DNA of 64,000 nt, taken from the NCBI GenBank assembly GCA_041674185.1, contig JBAYWE010000004.1:186-64185 (forward strand), in the 5' to 3' direction. This DNA is from Minisyncoccota bacterium. GTDB taxonomy: Bacteria > Patescibacteriota > Minisyncoccia > UBA6257 > JAGOQP01. How positions within the stretch are numbered: position 1 is the stretch's first letter; every line of letters starts with the position of its first letter. Below, one piece after another: positions 1 through 7,830 of the stretch. Made by a program: the position numbers and the translations under genes. Under the pieces are notes generated by a model. It did no database searches and was not told the DNA's origin. It saw only the letters and a list, made by a program, of their open reading frames with translations.

Positions 1-254
1 AAGATTGCATAAGAGATAATCACACGATGAGATTAGCTATAGTATACAATATTTTCTCATAGTATGTCTGCATCAGAAACTAAAAACAGAGTATTGTGTT
101 GCTTTATAGACTTTTCCATATTTTTTCGCGATCGCGAAAAAATATGGAAGATGAGAAATAAGAAAAGAGAATTATAGTAAAAGAGAGGAATGGAAGGGAG
201 GAAAAAAAGAGATGAAGTTATATAAAAATAAACTACATGAGAGAAAACTATGTA

Positions 255-1739
255 TTATACTTTATGTTTCTTTTTCATTTCTCCCTCAATCCCCGCTTCA
301 CATTCCTGCGCTCGTTCTTTTGATTTTATATATAATTTTTTAATTTCATCTTCATTGAGAAGATTTAATTCCTTTGCTCGTGCAATAAGTAATTCTGTGA
401 CATTTTTTTGAGGATCATCTAAAATATCTTCCAATAAGATACCTAAAATCCACCCCAGTCGCGGACTTGGTTTTAAACGCAGAGCTTCCATAATTTGAGT
501 CCCATCGACCGCAAGCATTTTGGGAGAAATAGGATCGCGACGTACTTTATCAATCATAAATAAAAGATGGCGTAATTTATACGGCACTGCTTTGGGCACC
601 CCCGATCCAATTCGATCTGCTTCTCTAATTTTTATAAGATCATCTACATTTTCAATCCCCACCCGATTAATAAATCTCCGTACCCCCGCTTCGCTCACTT
701 CATCAACGTTATAATAAAATAGATGATTTTTGACTAAATGCGTTACATAAGAAACAATCTGTTTTGAAAAACGTAACCGATTTAATATCCCCCGTGTCAT
801 ATGCGCTCCCACATATTCATGTTTATAAAATGTGCTGTTCGGGCCATCTCCTCCTTTCGTGCGTGGCTTTCCCACATCATGAAGTAATGCACCCAATCTA
901 ATTTCAAGTGCATAATTTTTATCAATCGCATACGCGAGTGCGCGAAGGTTGTGTTCCCACACGGTATAAATATGATGCTTGTTTTGTCCTACACCCACAC
1001 CCTCCAATAACTCAGGAACGATATACTCTAGTAATCCATATCGATACAACAATTCTACTCCCCAGGCACCCTGAGGAGTCATGAGTATTTTTACAAATTC
1101 ATCACGAATACGTTCTTGCGATATATTTTTTAGTGAAGGAGCGAGTGTTTGTATTGCTTCTTGGGTTTCTTTTTCTATAACCCATCCCGTTCCGAGCTGA
1201 CAAGAAAACCGGATTGCACGCAACATACGGAGCGCATCTTCATGAAATCGTTCCTGTGCATCCCCCACTGCACGAACTATTTTCTTTTCTAAATCTTTTT
1301 GTCCTGCATATAAATCAATAATTTTATATTCTGGCTTTTCATCATGAGTAATAAATTCAATCGCCATTGCATTAACTGTGAAATCTCTCCGCGATAAATC
1401 TTCTCCCACGGTGGTGACAAAGGTAACAGTCTCAGGATGACGAGAATCTACGTATCCCGATTCTGTTCTAAAGGTGGTGACTTCAATTATCTTCACCTTT
1501 TCATTAGATGTTTTTATCTTCACCCCCACGGTTCCAAATTTATTTTCGTATACACTTTCAGGAAATATTTCTTGGATCTGCTCTGGAGTAGCGCTTGTGG
1601 TGATATCCCAATCTTTTGGCTCTATCCCTAAAATTATATCTCGCACACACCCCCCCACGATATATGCCAAAAAACCTCTCTCTTGGAGAGTTCGTATAAT
1701 ATCTCGCACTTCAAAAGGAACAACTATATTGATTTGCAT
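255..1739 (-). CDS. cca: CCA-adding tRNA nucleotidyltransferase / poly(A) polymerase family with C-terminal HD domain
   Basis: N-terminal GGCVRD nucleotidyltransferase motif and a downstream HD-domain region (LHDVGK). I chose the internal ATG (MQINIVVPF) as start so the CDS does not run into the adjacent tRNA. Confidence 0.8.
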   Translation of the reverse strand: MQINIVVPFEVRDIIRTLQERGFLAYIVGGCVRDIILGIEPKDWDITTSATPEQIQEIFPESVYENKFGTVGVKIKTSNEKVKIIEVTTFRTESGYVDSRHPETVTFVTTVGEDLSRRDFTVNAMAIEFITHDEKPEYKIIDLYAGQKDLEKKIVRAVGDAQERFHEDALRMLRAIRFSCQLGTGWVIEKETQEAIQTLAPSLKNISQERIRDEFVKILMTPQGAWGVELLYRYGLLEYIVPELLEGVGVGQNKHHIYTVWEHNLRALAYAIDKNYALEIRLGALLHDVGKPRTKGGDGPNSTFYKHEYVGAHMTRGILNRLRFSKQIVSYVTHLVKNHLFYYNVDEVSEAGVRRFINRVGIENVDDLIKIREADRIGSGVPKAVPYKLRHLLFMIDKVRRDPISPKMLAVDGTQIMEALRLKPSPRLGWILGILLEDILDDPQKNVTELLIARAKELNLLNEDEIKKLYIKSKERAQECEAGIEGEMKKKHKV

Positions 1740-1779
1740 ATCGTATATAGTATACACTGAATCCACATAGATTTTCCAC

Positions 1780-1852
1780 GCACCCGTAGTGAAATGGATT
1801 ATCACAACTGCCTTCGAAGCAGTTATTGGGGGTTCGAATCCCTCCGGGTGTA
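1780..1852 (+). tRNA. tRNA-Arg (anticodon TCG)
   Basis: Cloverleaf folded by hand: acceptor GCACCCG/CGGGTGT, D-stem GTGA/TCAC, anticodon stem ACTGC/GCAGT with loop CTTCGAA, T-loop TTCGAAT, discriminator A. No encoded CCA. Confidence 0.8.
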
Positions 1853-1860
1853 CAATTTAA

Positions 1861-1885
1861 AAAACCGTCTATATGGCGGTTTTTA
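1861..1885 (+). terminator. Rho-independent terminator hairpin after tRNA-Arg (AACCGTC-TATAT-GGCGGTT followed by a T run)
   Basis: Stem-loop flanked by an A run upstream and T run downstream, possibly bidirectional. Confidence 0.55.
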
Positions 1886-2023
1886 AATTAAAAACCCGAG
1901 AACGCAAACTGCTTTGCGTTCGTGAGGATTCGAACGACGGAGTGTATGCGAACAGCTGTGAGCATAACGAGTCGGTGGTCAACCCGAGTTGAGCGACGGC
2001 GAAACGAGAGGTGAGACCGAATC

Positions 2024-2043
2024 CCTGCCTACCGGCAGGCAGG
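2024..2043. repeat. 20-bp near-palindrome CCTGCCTACCGGCAGGCAGG (copy 1 of 4)
   Basis: Identical or near-identical 20-mers at 2024, 35556, 51376 and 51966. Here it interrupts the duplicated tRNA-Arg 3' end. Confidence 0.9.
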
Positions 2044-2140
2044 CCTCCGGGTGTACAACTATAAAAATACATCATTTTCTTAAATGGTGTGTTTTTATAG
2101 TTAGCATATCGTAGATTCGAAGGGTATTCGAAAAGTATCC

Positions 2141-2176
2141 AAAAGAAATAAGAAAAGAGCCGCTCGTGAGCGGCTC
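2141..2176 (-). terminator. Rho-independent terminator of the 2193..3041 gene
   Basis: Hairpin GAGCCGC-TCGTGA-GCGGCTC followed on the minus strand by TTTTCTTATTTC. Confidence 0.6.
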
Positions 2177-2192
2177 AATTTCAATGTGCAAT

Positions 2193-3041
2193 TTAGAGGA
2201 AAAAAGTAACTTTCGCAACAACCAATTTTTCAGTGAAGTTGTAGAACAACTTCAGGTGACTGTTGGTCGAATATTGATATGCCGCACCAACCATAGTGCG
2301 AACAGTATTTGTAGTACTTGAATTTGCCTCAAAATCTCCTTGTAACCATACGCTAATCTTATCAGTAAGCTTAGCCTGGTTCTGCGCGTAGAATTCCACA
2401 GGAGCGCTAGAGCTTGTTGGCCGAGAGACAATCCCTCCTTCTACATTCAATAGTGAATGAAAAGCACTTTTTGCCATCAATCCAAATCCTTTTTTGTTTC
2501 CCCGCGTCTGCAAGAAATATCCTATATGAGTGCCTTCGCTTAATGTTACATCAACCGATGCGGAAACATTTCTATTTCCATCACAGTCAAATACTGAAAT
2601 TCTCGCCGTTACTTTTTTATCATTAAATACATCGTCATACTGCATTGAGATACCATCATCCAGCACAGTAAATGAATTTACTGATGACGCATATGCAGTC
2701 TGCGACATCATATGGGGTGCTGGAAATAAATACCAGATTGGGTCTAAGAAACGACCAGCGGTAACTGTGAAATTACCGAATGTTTTTGACACATTCGCTA
2801 GTTGAATCTTACCACTTGAGAAATCGTGGCGAAATTGTACCTTAATTTGATCATTTGAAAGATCTACATGCAAACGCATATAATCAAATTTAAACTGATC
2901 CTTACTTACATCCTGTGTCGGAATATTCATTCCAGCAAAGACATGAGCTTCGGCATTTATACCATTCAGATTAAATGTTTGCGCAGAAATAAATGATGTA
3001 GATAAAATAACAAACAAAGCAACTAATACTAACTTTTTCAT
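2193..3041 (-). CDS. Secreted protein with signal peptide and C-terminal aromatic residue; possible outer-membrane beta-barrel; function unknown
   Basis: Start at MKKLVLVALF, which has an AAGAGGA Shine-Dalgarno sequence upstream. Cleavable signal peptide, alternating amphipathic pattern, C-terminal FFL. Confidence 0.5.
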   Translation of the reverse strand: MKKLVLVALFVILSTSFISAQTFNLNGINAEAHVFAGMNIPTQDVSKDQFKFDYMRLHVDLSNDQIKVQFRHDFSSGKIQLANVSKTFGNFTVTAGRFLDPIWYLFPAPHMMSQTAYASSVNSFTVLDDGISMQYDDVFNDKKVTARISVFDCDGNRNVSASVDVTLSEGTHIGYFLQTRGNKKGFGLMAKSAFHSLLNVEGGIVSRPTSSSAPVEFYAQNQAKLTDKISVWLQGDFEANSSTTNTVRTMVGAAYQYSTNSHLKLFYNFTEKLVVAKVTFFL

Positions 3042-3266
3042 TTTTTTCCTCTTATATAATGTGATAGTTGATTGAGACCACCCACACGATGAGCTCAATT
3101 AACTATCACACGCTTTTCAATGTTCTATGAGTGTATTATATCATAATAAGTCATAAAAGTCAATATATACAAAAATGAATAAAATAGCCCTAAAAACAAA
3201 CCCACCCCCATAAACTGTTGAAAAAATGAAAAGAATATGAGACAATCTTCCTTAAGATAAGAACAA

Positions 3267-3339
3267 GCGCCCATAGCTCAGCTGGTAGAGCAGCTCCCTC
3301 TTAAGGAGATGGTCCAAGGTCCGAATCCTTGTGGGCGCA
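3267..3339 (+). tRNA. tRNA-Lys (anticodon CTT)
   Basis: Acceptor GCGCCCA/TGGGCGC, D-stem GCTC/GAGC, anticodon loop CTCTTAA, T-loop TCCGAAT, discriminator A. No encoded CCA. Confidence 0.7.
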
Positions 3340-3367
3340 CAACATATATTCTAAATAGAATATATGT

Positions 3368-3439
3368 GCGGGTATCGTATAGTGGCTATTATGCGTCCTT
3401 GCCAAGGACGAGACGGCGGTCCGATTCCGCTTACCCGCT
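3368..3439 (+). tRNA. tRNA-Gly (anticodon GCC)
   Basis: Acceptor GCGGGTA/TACCCGC, anticodon stem CGTCC/GGACG with loop TTGCCAA, discriminator U73 typical of Gly. The T-loop is the unusual TCCGATT. No encoded CCA. Confidence 0.75.
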
Positions 3440-3638
3440 CAAGATGAAAAATTACCCTTCTGTTTAAAGAGGGGTGATTTTTTATTTATGTATGCGGGTA
3501 AAACAAATAAACTGCTTTATTTGTGTGCGAAATCGGACGACGGAGCATATGCGAGTAGCAACGAGCATGGTGAGTCGGTGGTTAGACAAACTTTTGCGAC
3601 GGCAAAAGTTTAGTCGAGACCGATTCCGCTTACCCGCT
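3440..3638 (+). repeat. tRNA-3'-end-linked structured element, copy B (attached to tRNA-Gly)
   Basis: A terminator-like hairpin comes first. The left arm GCGGGTAA [ACAAATAAA-CTGC-TTTATTTGT] GT GCGAAATCGGAC equals the reverse complement of the tRNA-Gly 3' end with the CTGC hairpin inserted after nt 8. The core is homologous to copy A (CGACGGAGCATATGCGA..GAGCATGGTGAGTCGGTGGT..GCGACGGCAAAAG). The right arm GACCGATTCCGCTTACCCGCT is a direct copy of the tRNA-Gly 3' end. Confidence 0.75.
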
Positions 3639-3701
3639 CAAGATATAAAAATATAAAACACCCCCAAAGGGGGTGTTTTATATTTTCCTTATTTTTTATC
3701 A

Positions 3702-4439
3702 TTACCACGAAGGAAGTGCATTTCGTATATTTCGCTCTTCTGTGTCTAGCTCAAGAACCGCATCTCCTTGTATAGAGATTTTTCTAAACGTACTGTATAA
3801 AGACGTTACCTGTTCCTGTATATCCGCAAGTCCTTTTTCTATTTTATCAAGAGATACAAAAACAACTTCTTCCCCCTCTTGGTTTTGTAACGACTCGTGC
3901 AGAGTAGTAATAATATCCTGTAATCTTTTTAAAGCGCTTGTTGCGTGTGCAAAAACTATTTCAATAGAACTCGTATCTCTCCCCTGATTCTTTGCGGATA
4001 CGATTTTATTTTGCACATTCTGATAACGAGAAATAATGAGTTGCTGAGTTGTCTTCTCAAAATACATCACGTATGCAGAAAGTATCTTGTGTCTGAGAAT
4101 AGTATCTTCAGTTGTACGATAGGTATAAATAACCCCGGCAAGTGTTCGTAGTTCATCGACTGTCTGTGCTGATTCAATATCATTTAGATATCCTGTAAAA
4201 GCAACAATACTTTCATTTGATTTATCGAGGAGTTCATCTTGAATATCTTGTGTAAATATATCGGTACGTTTCTGAATGATGCGTTGCACTGCATTCGCTC
4301 GTTGTAAAAATGTTTGTACTGCGTTTGTTAAAAATTTCTTTTGAGTAATTATTGCCGATTCTGCTTGTACCGACACGGGAACCCCCACTCCCACCATGAG
4401 CGCCATACACACGAGTACTATGTATCGTTTTATATTCAT
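3702..4439 (-). CDS. Secreted hypothetical protein (signal peptide, coiled-coil rich)
   Basis: Complete ORF with N-terminal signal peptide MNIKRYIVLVCMALMVGVGVPVSVQA. No recognisable domain. Confidence 0.5.
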   Translation of the reverse strand: MNIKRYIVLVCMALMVGVGVPVSVQAESAIITQKKFLTNAVQTFLQRANAVQRIIQKRTDIFTQDIQDELLDKSNESIVAFTGYLNDIESAQTVDELRTLAGVIYTYRTTEDTILRHKILSAYVMYFEKTTQQLIISRYQNVQNKIVSAKNQGRDTSSIEIVFAHATSALKRLQDIITTLHESLQNQEGEEVVFVSLDKIEKGLADIQEQVTSLYSTFRKISIQGDAVLELDTEERNIRNALPSW

Positions 4440-4451
4440 AAATAATAGAAA

Positions 4452-4724
4452 TTAAGGAATTGCCTGAAAATCTTTTAATGATTGATCGATATCCTTCAAC
4501 GCACGTTCATCTTGTATATATTGAGAAACATCTGAAGCGGCTTGATCTGTCTTTTGCTCATCAGCACCCATGGTTCGTAACTGTTGTACTTTATCCTGTT
4601 CACGAGAAAACGGCTTGAGCATAAGCAAGACACCTAAAATTATTACCCCTACTAATCCAAGCCATATATACAACACTCGTTTCTTATGTTTCGAAAGAGC
4701 GGGTGTTTCTATTGATTCTGTCAT
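4452..4724 (-). CDS. Small single-pass membrane protein, hypothetical
   Basis: ORF with one transmembrane helix (LYIWLGLVGVIILGVLLML), directly upstream of and co-oriented with 3702..4439. Confidence 0.4.
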   Translation of the reverse strand: MTESIETPALSKHKKRVLYIWLGLVGVIILGVLLMLKPFSREQDKVQQLRTMGADEQKTDQAASDVSQYIQDERALKDIDQSLKDFQAIP

Positions 4725-4868
4725 AATAACCTTTATTTAAGTGGTCTTTTTACTCTTCTGAGTACTTTTTTAGTATAGCATATACTAAGGTGTTTTTCAA
4801 TAAAAAAGAGGGGTCCTTACCTCTCTATACAACGACCCGTGGATTAATCAAAAAATCCCAATCACTTC

Positions 4869-5813
4869 TCATAGCGCCTGAGTTATACGAAGCAAATTTT
4901 GTTGCACAAAAACTTTATACGGCCAAATATCAGAAAAATCTCCCCAGGGATCTAGCAACACTATACGACGTCCCCCGTCTCTATATAAATTCTTTAATTC
5001 GTCAAATGGAAGAGAGGTATCCCCCACAATTATCGTTCGTGAATTATCCATGAGATCTTTTGCTATTTCTTTTATATATAGTTCTCTCTCTTGATCATCT
5101 TGTGGAGGAGGTATTGTCTTTACAATTTTTCCCTCATACTCCGCGATAATATTTTCCCATCCTTGACCCCATACAATCACAGGAGCCATTCGTAAATTAT
5201 ATATTTTATCTTTTATAGAACCATACACATCATCCAGTTGATAGGCAGTCGCATACGCTGCATCTAAATACGATACTTTGTGTACAGGATCTATCTCACT
5301 TAAGACTTTTGCAATGGCACGTACCATATCTTTTCCCCCTTGTGTGGTAAGCCAATAATATCCCCCTTTCGTCTCAGAGACATCCTCTGATTTTGTAGGG
5401 GGGAGTGTATCTGCTGTAGATTCATCGTGAACCAAGGCATCCCCATATGTATCCAAAAAAACAACTGCCGTTTTATCATTTTCCGATCCACACAGTTCTT
5501 TTACCCATCCATCAACATCAGCGCTTAAGCCAAAAAATACCACAGATTCACGACATACGTCCGCTGTGTCTTCGAGAGAACCACTTGGTTCTTTAATACG
5601 CACCACGGTCACATATCCTCCTCCAATTTCTTTTACTACATTTGCAAGAAACTGATGGGTAACACCAATGTGAATTGTAGGAGCTGCTATAAATGTAGGG
5701 TCCTCTGAAATTGGTGTTGGTATACCCATACTATGCCATACCATAAACACGGCCAAGACCGATATGAATATTATTATAAAAAGAATTCCATTTTTGATTC
5801 GCTGTGTATACAT
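4869..5813 (-). CDS. Metal ABC-transporter substrate-binding protein, ZnuA/TroA-like (cluster 9 SBP)
   Basis: N-terminal anchor. Recalled ZnuA-like features: THQFLANVVKEIGGGYVTV, a GW..L helix, YYWL, and terminal VLLDPWG resembling ZnuA VLDPLG. Confidence 0.5.
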   Translation of the reverse strand: MYTQRIKNGILFIIIFISVLAVFMVWHSMGIPTPISEDPTFIAAPTIHIGVTHQFLANVVKEIGGGYVTVVRIKEPSGSLEDTADVCRESVVFFGLSADVDGWVKELCGSENDKTAVVFLDTYGDALVHDESTADTLPPTKSEDVSETKGGYYWLTTQGGKDMVRAIAKVLSEIDPVHKVSYLDAAYATAYQLDDVYGSIKDKIYNLRMAPVIVWGQGWENIIAEYEGKIVKTIPPPQDDQERELYIKEIAKDLMDNSRTIIVGDTSLPFDELKNLYRDGGRRIVLLDPWGDFSDIWPYKVFVQQNLLRITQAL

Positions 5814-5816
5814 ATA

Positions 5817-7160
5817 CTATGGTGTAGAACTACCCGTCACAGAAGAATGAGGGAGCACCCCTGATGAAAATATAATCGGCAGAGGATCACTGTACCCGAA
5901 GCTCGTTGGATTAGTACTCGTGTATCCAATGCACTGTGTCTTCTTTCCGGAAGGAAGAACACAGGTATCTGATAGAGGAGAAGCAAGAATAGGTTTGTCT
6001 TTTATCTCAAGGTGTAAGTGCACATCTGCATCCCCCGTCTTATCACATCCATCTTCTCCTACGCGCCAATAGGCACATCCATACCCGGTATTTCCCGCAA
6101 CTCCTAACACATCCCCACCCTTTATAGGAGCCCCTATCTGAGTAGATACTATAGATGCAAGATGCCCATATAAGACATACTTCTTTTTACCCTCGATGAG
6201 GTGAGACATAATAATGGTATTTCCTAATCCTCCATCGTCCACACCATTAGAGATTATAGCCTCAACTGTTCCCGATGCGATTGCATGAACAGAAAGATCT
6301 TGAGCAGTCTCACGGGAAGCAAAATCAACGCCCGCATGCTGTATGTAGTTATATTGTTTATCTTCATACCAAGACCAGTCAGTTTTGAGAGGAGAATTGA
6401 ATCGTTGTCGTATCCAAAAAGAGCTCGTATCTACGGGAGAGAAAAATCCTTCCTGCACTTGTGCATCTGAAAGAGACAGATAAGAAACAATAACATCTCC
6501 CTTTTGAGTAGTCGTAAAAAAATCTGCTGCAACCGTATCTTCTAAACGAATACACCCTCCCGAAAATTGACTCGTAACTTTTGTTCCATCAGAATGATAT
6601 GGAATACCATGAATAAAGAAATCTTCATATACCTGAACCGCGTGCTCCATCCACACGGGAAAAATAGATGACATAAATTTCTCACGTTTCACTCCTATCT
6701 CAAAAAATCCCGTAGGAGTTTGAAACCATTTTCCATACGGAGCTTGATAGGCAATGGGGAATACTTTTTGTAGTATTCCATATTGAAAAAATAGAATTTT
6801 TTCATGTGTTAAGTCTATCTGAAACAATCGCATACGACTTATAAGAGGAAGTTCATCACACCATCGTTCATCACCTGCTTCTGAAAAAATTGTTTCTGAG
6901 GTACATACAGAAAGTTGCGTTGGTGTGGATGAAGTATATGGTGCATCACTGACAGAGGGTAGAGATACTACATCAAGGGGAGTAACTATGGTTGAGCGAC
7001 TCCCCTGTGCATACGTGTATACCGCAAGTATGGCAATCAGTACTACAAGAACTATGATAAAAATCTGTATGGAATGTTTTCGGTGATGCTTCATTCTCAC
7101 CATGATAGCAAAAGAATTTTGAAATTTAAAATTATATTGTACACGATAGGATGCGTTCAT
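5817..7160 (-). CDS. Bifunctional cell-wall enzyme: L,D-transpeptidase (YkuD) domain fused to M23/LytM peptidase domain
   Basis: The L,D-transpeptidase catalytic motif HGIPYHSDGTKVTSQFSGGCIRL sits mid-protein. The C-terminal part is M23-like (HAGVDF..., GYGCAY..., HLHLEIKD). N-terminal TM anchor; exact start uncertain. Confidence 0.65.
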   Translation of the reverse strand: MNASYRVQYNFKFQNSFAIMVRMKHHRKHSIQIFIIVLVVLIAILAVYTYAQGSRSTIVTPLDVVSLPSVSDAPYTSSTPTQLSVCTSETIFSEAGDERWCDELPLISRMRLFQIDLTHEKILFFQYGILQKVFPIAYQAPYGKWFQTPTGFFEIGVKREKFMSSIFPVWMEHAVQVYEDFFIHGIPYHSDGTKVTSQFSGGCIRLEDTVAADFFTTTQKGDVIVSYLSLSDAQVQEGFFSPVDTSSFWIRQRFNSPLKTDWSWYEDKQYNYIQHAGVDFASRETAQDLSVHAIASGTVEAIISNGVDDGGLGNTIIMSHLIEGKKKYVLYGHLASIVSTQIGAPIKGGDVLGVAGNTGYGCAYWRVGEDGCDKTGDADVHLHLEIKDKPILASPLSDTCVLPSGKKTQCIGYTSTNPTSFGYSDPLPIIFSSGVLPHSSVTGSSTP

Positions 7161-7266
7161 TTACTTTTACCTTTTTATATTCTATGTCATACTTATACTG
7201 TAAGCCCCTCGTGGGGTTTTGTGGACTATAAATAGTCGTAACATTTCACTAACTTATTCGTTATCT

Positions 7267-7830
7267 ATGGTAGATGCTCGTTTGACAGATGAACACGAAA
7301 TTCTGAAAAAAGCCATTGCGGGAGAATCCTCAGCTTTCGGCTCACTATATGATACGTATCAACCCCTTATTTATCGGTTTGTGTATCTACGAGTAAGCCA
7401 TCGTGAGGAGGCTGAGGATCTCACGCATCAGGTATTTCTCAGTGCGTGGCAAAATATTGGATCATTTCAGGAGCACGGACTCCCTATTTCAAGTTGGTTA
7501 TACCAAATCGCTCGAAATCGTGTTATTGACCATTATCGAACAAAACATGTTTCTCTTTCCTTAAATGAAGAGAACGAGGATCTTCACCCCTCTCTCGATG
7601 ATGTTGCTGACTCCCTTGAAACAAAACTCCAACTAGAGCAGATTCAAGTTGCATTGCGAACTCTTCATCCAGATCAACAAGATATACTTATCATGCGGTT
7701 TGTCGAAGGGCTCTCAAATGCAGAAATTGCCTCTGCCCTAAAAAAACATGAGGGAACGATTCGTGTCTTACAACATCGAGCGCTCCGTAATTTGAAGAAA
7801 CAATTAGAAAAAAGTCATGAAATTCAATAA
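7267..7830 (+). CDS. ECF-type RNA polymerase sigma factor (sigma-70 family regions 2 and 4)
   Basis: Region 2 (YQPLIYRFVYLRV...DLTHQVFLSAWQ) and region 4 HTH (MRFVEGLSNAEIASALKKHEGTIRVLQHRALRNL). The ORF-track start is a TTG; I used the first ATG (MVDARL). Confidence 0.75.
   Translation: MVDARLTDEHEILKKAIAGESSAFGSLYDTYQPLIYRFVYLRVSHREEAEDLTHQVFLSAWQNIGSFQEHGLPISSWLYQIARNRVIDHYRTKHVSLSLNEENEDLHPSLDDVADSLETKLQLEQIQVALRTLHPDQQDILIMRFVEGLSNAEIASALKKHEGTIRVLQHRALRNLKKQLEKSHEIQ

Larger units (their letters stand above)
1853..2057 (+). repeat. tRNA-3'-end-linked structured element, copy A (attached to tRNA-Arg)
   Basis: The left arm AAACCCGAG..GAGGATTCGAAC is the reverse complement of the tRNA-Arg 3' end, split by the hairpin GAACGCAAA-CTGC-TTTGCGTTC. 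A conserved core follows (GACGGAG..TATGCGA..GAGCATAACGAGTCGGTGGT..GCGACGGCGAAA). The right arm is a direct copy of the tRNA 3' end (GACCGAATCCC..TCCGGGTGTACA) with the 20-bp palindrome inserted in it. Confidence 0.7.

Noticed and set aside
1853-2057. Group I or group II intron, or tRNA intron, as the explanation for the elements
   Set aside because: The upstream tRNAs are complete and contiguous, so nothing needs splicing. At about 190 nt the element is too short for a group I intron and lacks P/Q/R/S-like segments.
1869-2075. A 68-aa minus-strand ORF. The plus-strand ORFs 51273..51677 (134 aa) and 51479..51667 are the same kind of call.
   Set aside because: They lie entirely inside the tRNA-linked structured elements or the tRNA-Ser gene. 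They have no Shine-Dalgarno sequence, and they share protein similarity (SQLFA.TP) only because the underlying repeat DNA is shared. They are spurious translations of RNA or repeat sequence.
3368-3439. My initial reading of this tRNA as tRNA-Trp (CCA)
   Set aside because: Re-folding gives a perfect 5-bp anticodon stem CGTCC/GGACG with loop TTGCCAA. That places GCC in the anticodon position, and the discriminator is U73, both of which fit Gly. The true tRNA-Trp is at 59219.
1780-3640. Integrated prophage or genomic island using tRNA 3' ends as att sites
   Set aside because: There are only about 200 bp between each tRNA and its 3'-end duplicate. No integrase or recombinase is present anywhere in the window. 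The same structured core also recurs at three loci, which points to an element in its own right rather than att scars.
5300-5491. A 63-aa ORF internal to the ZnuA-like gene. The many 60 to 135-aa ORFs antisense to rny, ppsA, infB and hsdR are the same kind of call.
   Set aside because: They are fully nested inside longer, well-supported genes on the same or opposite strand. They are classic shadow ORFs.
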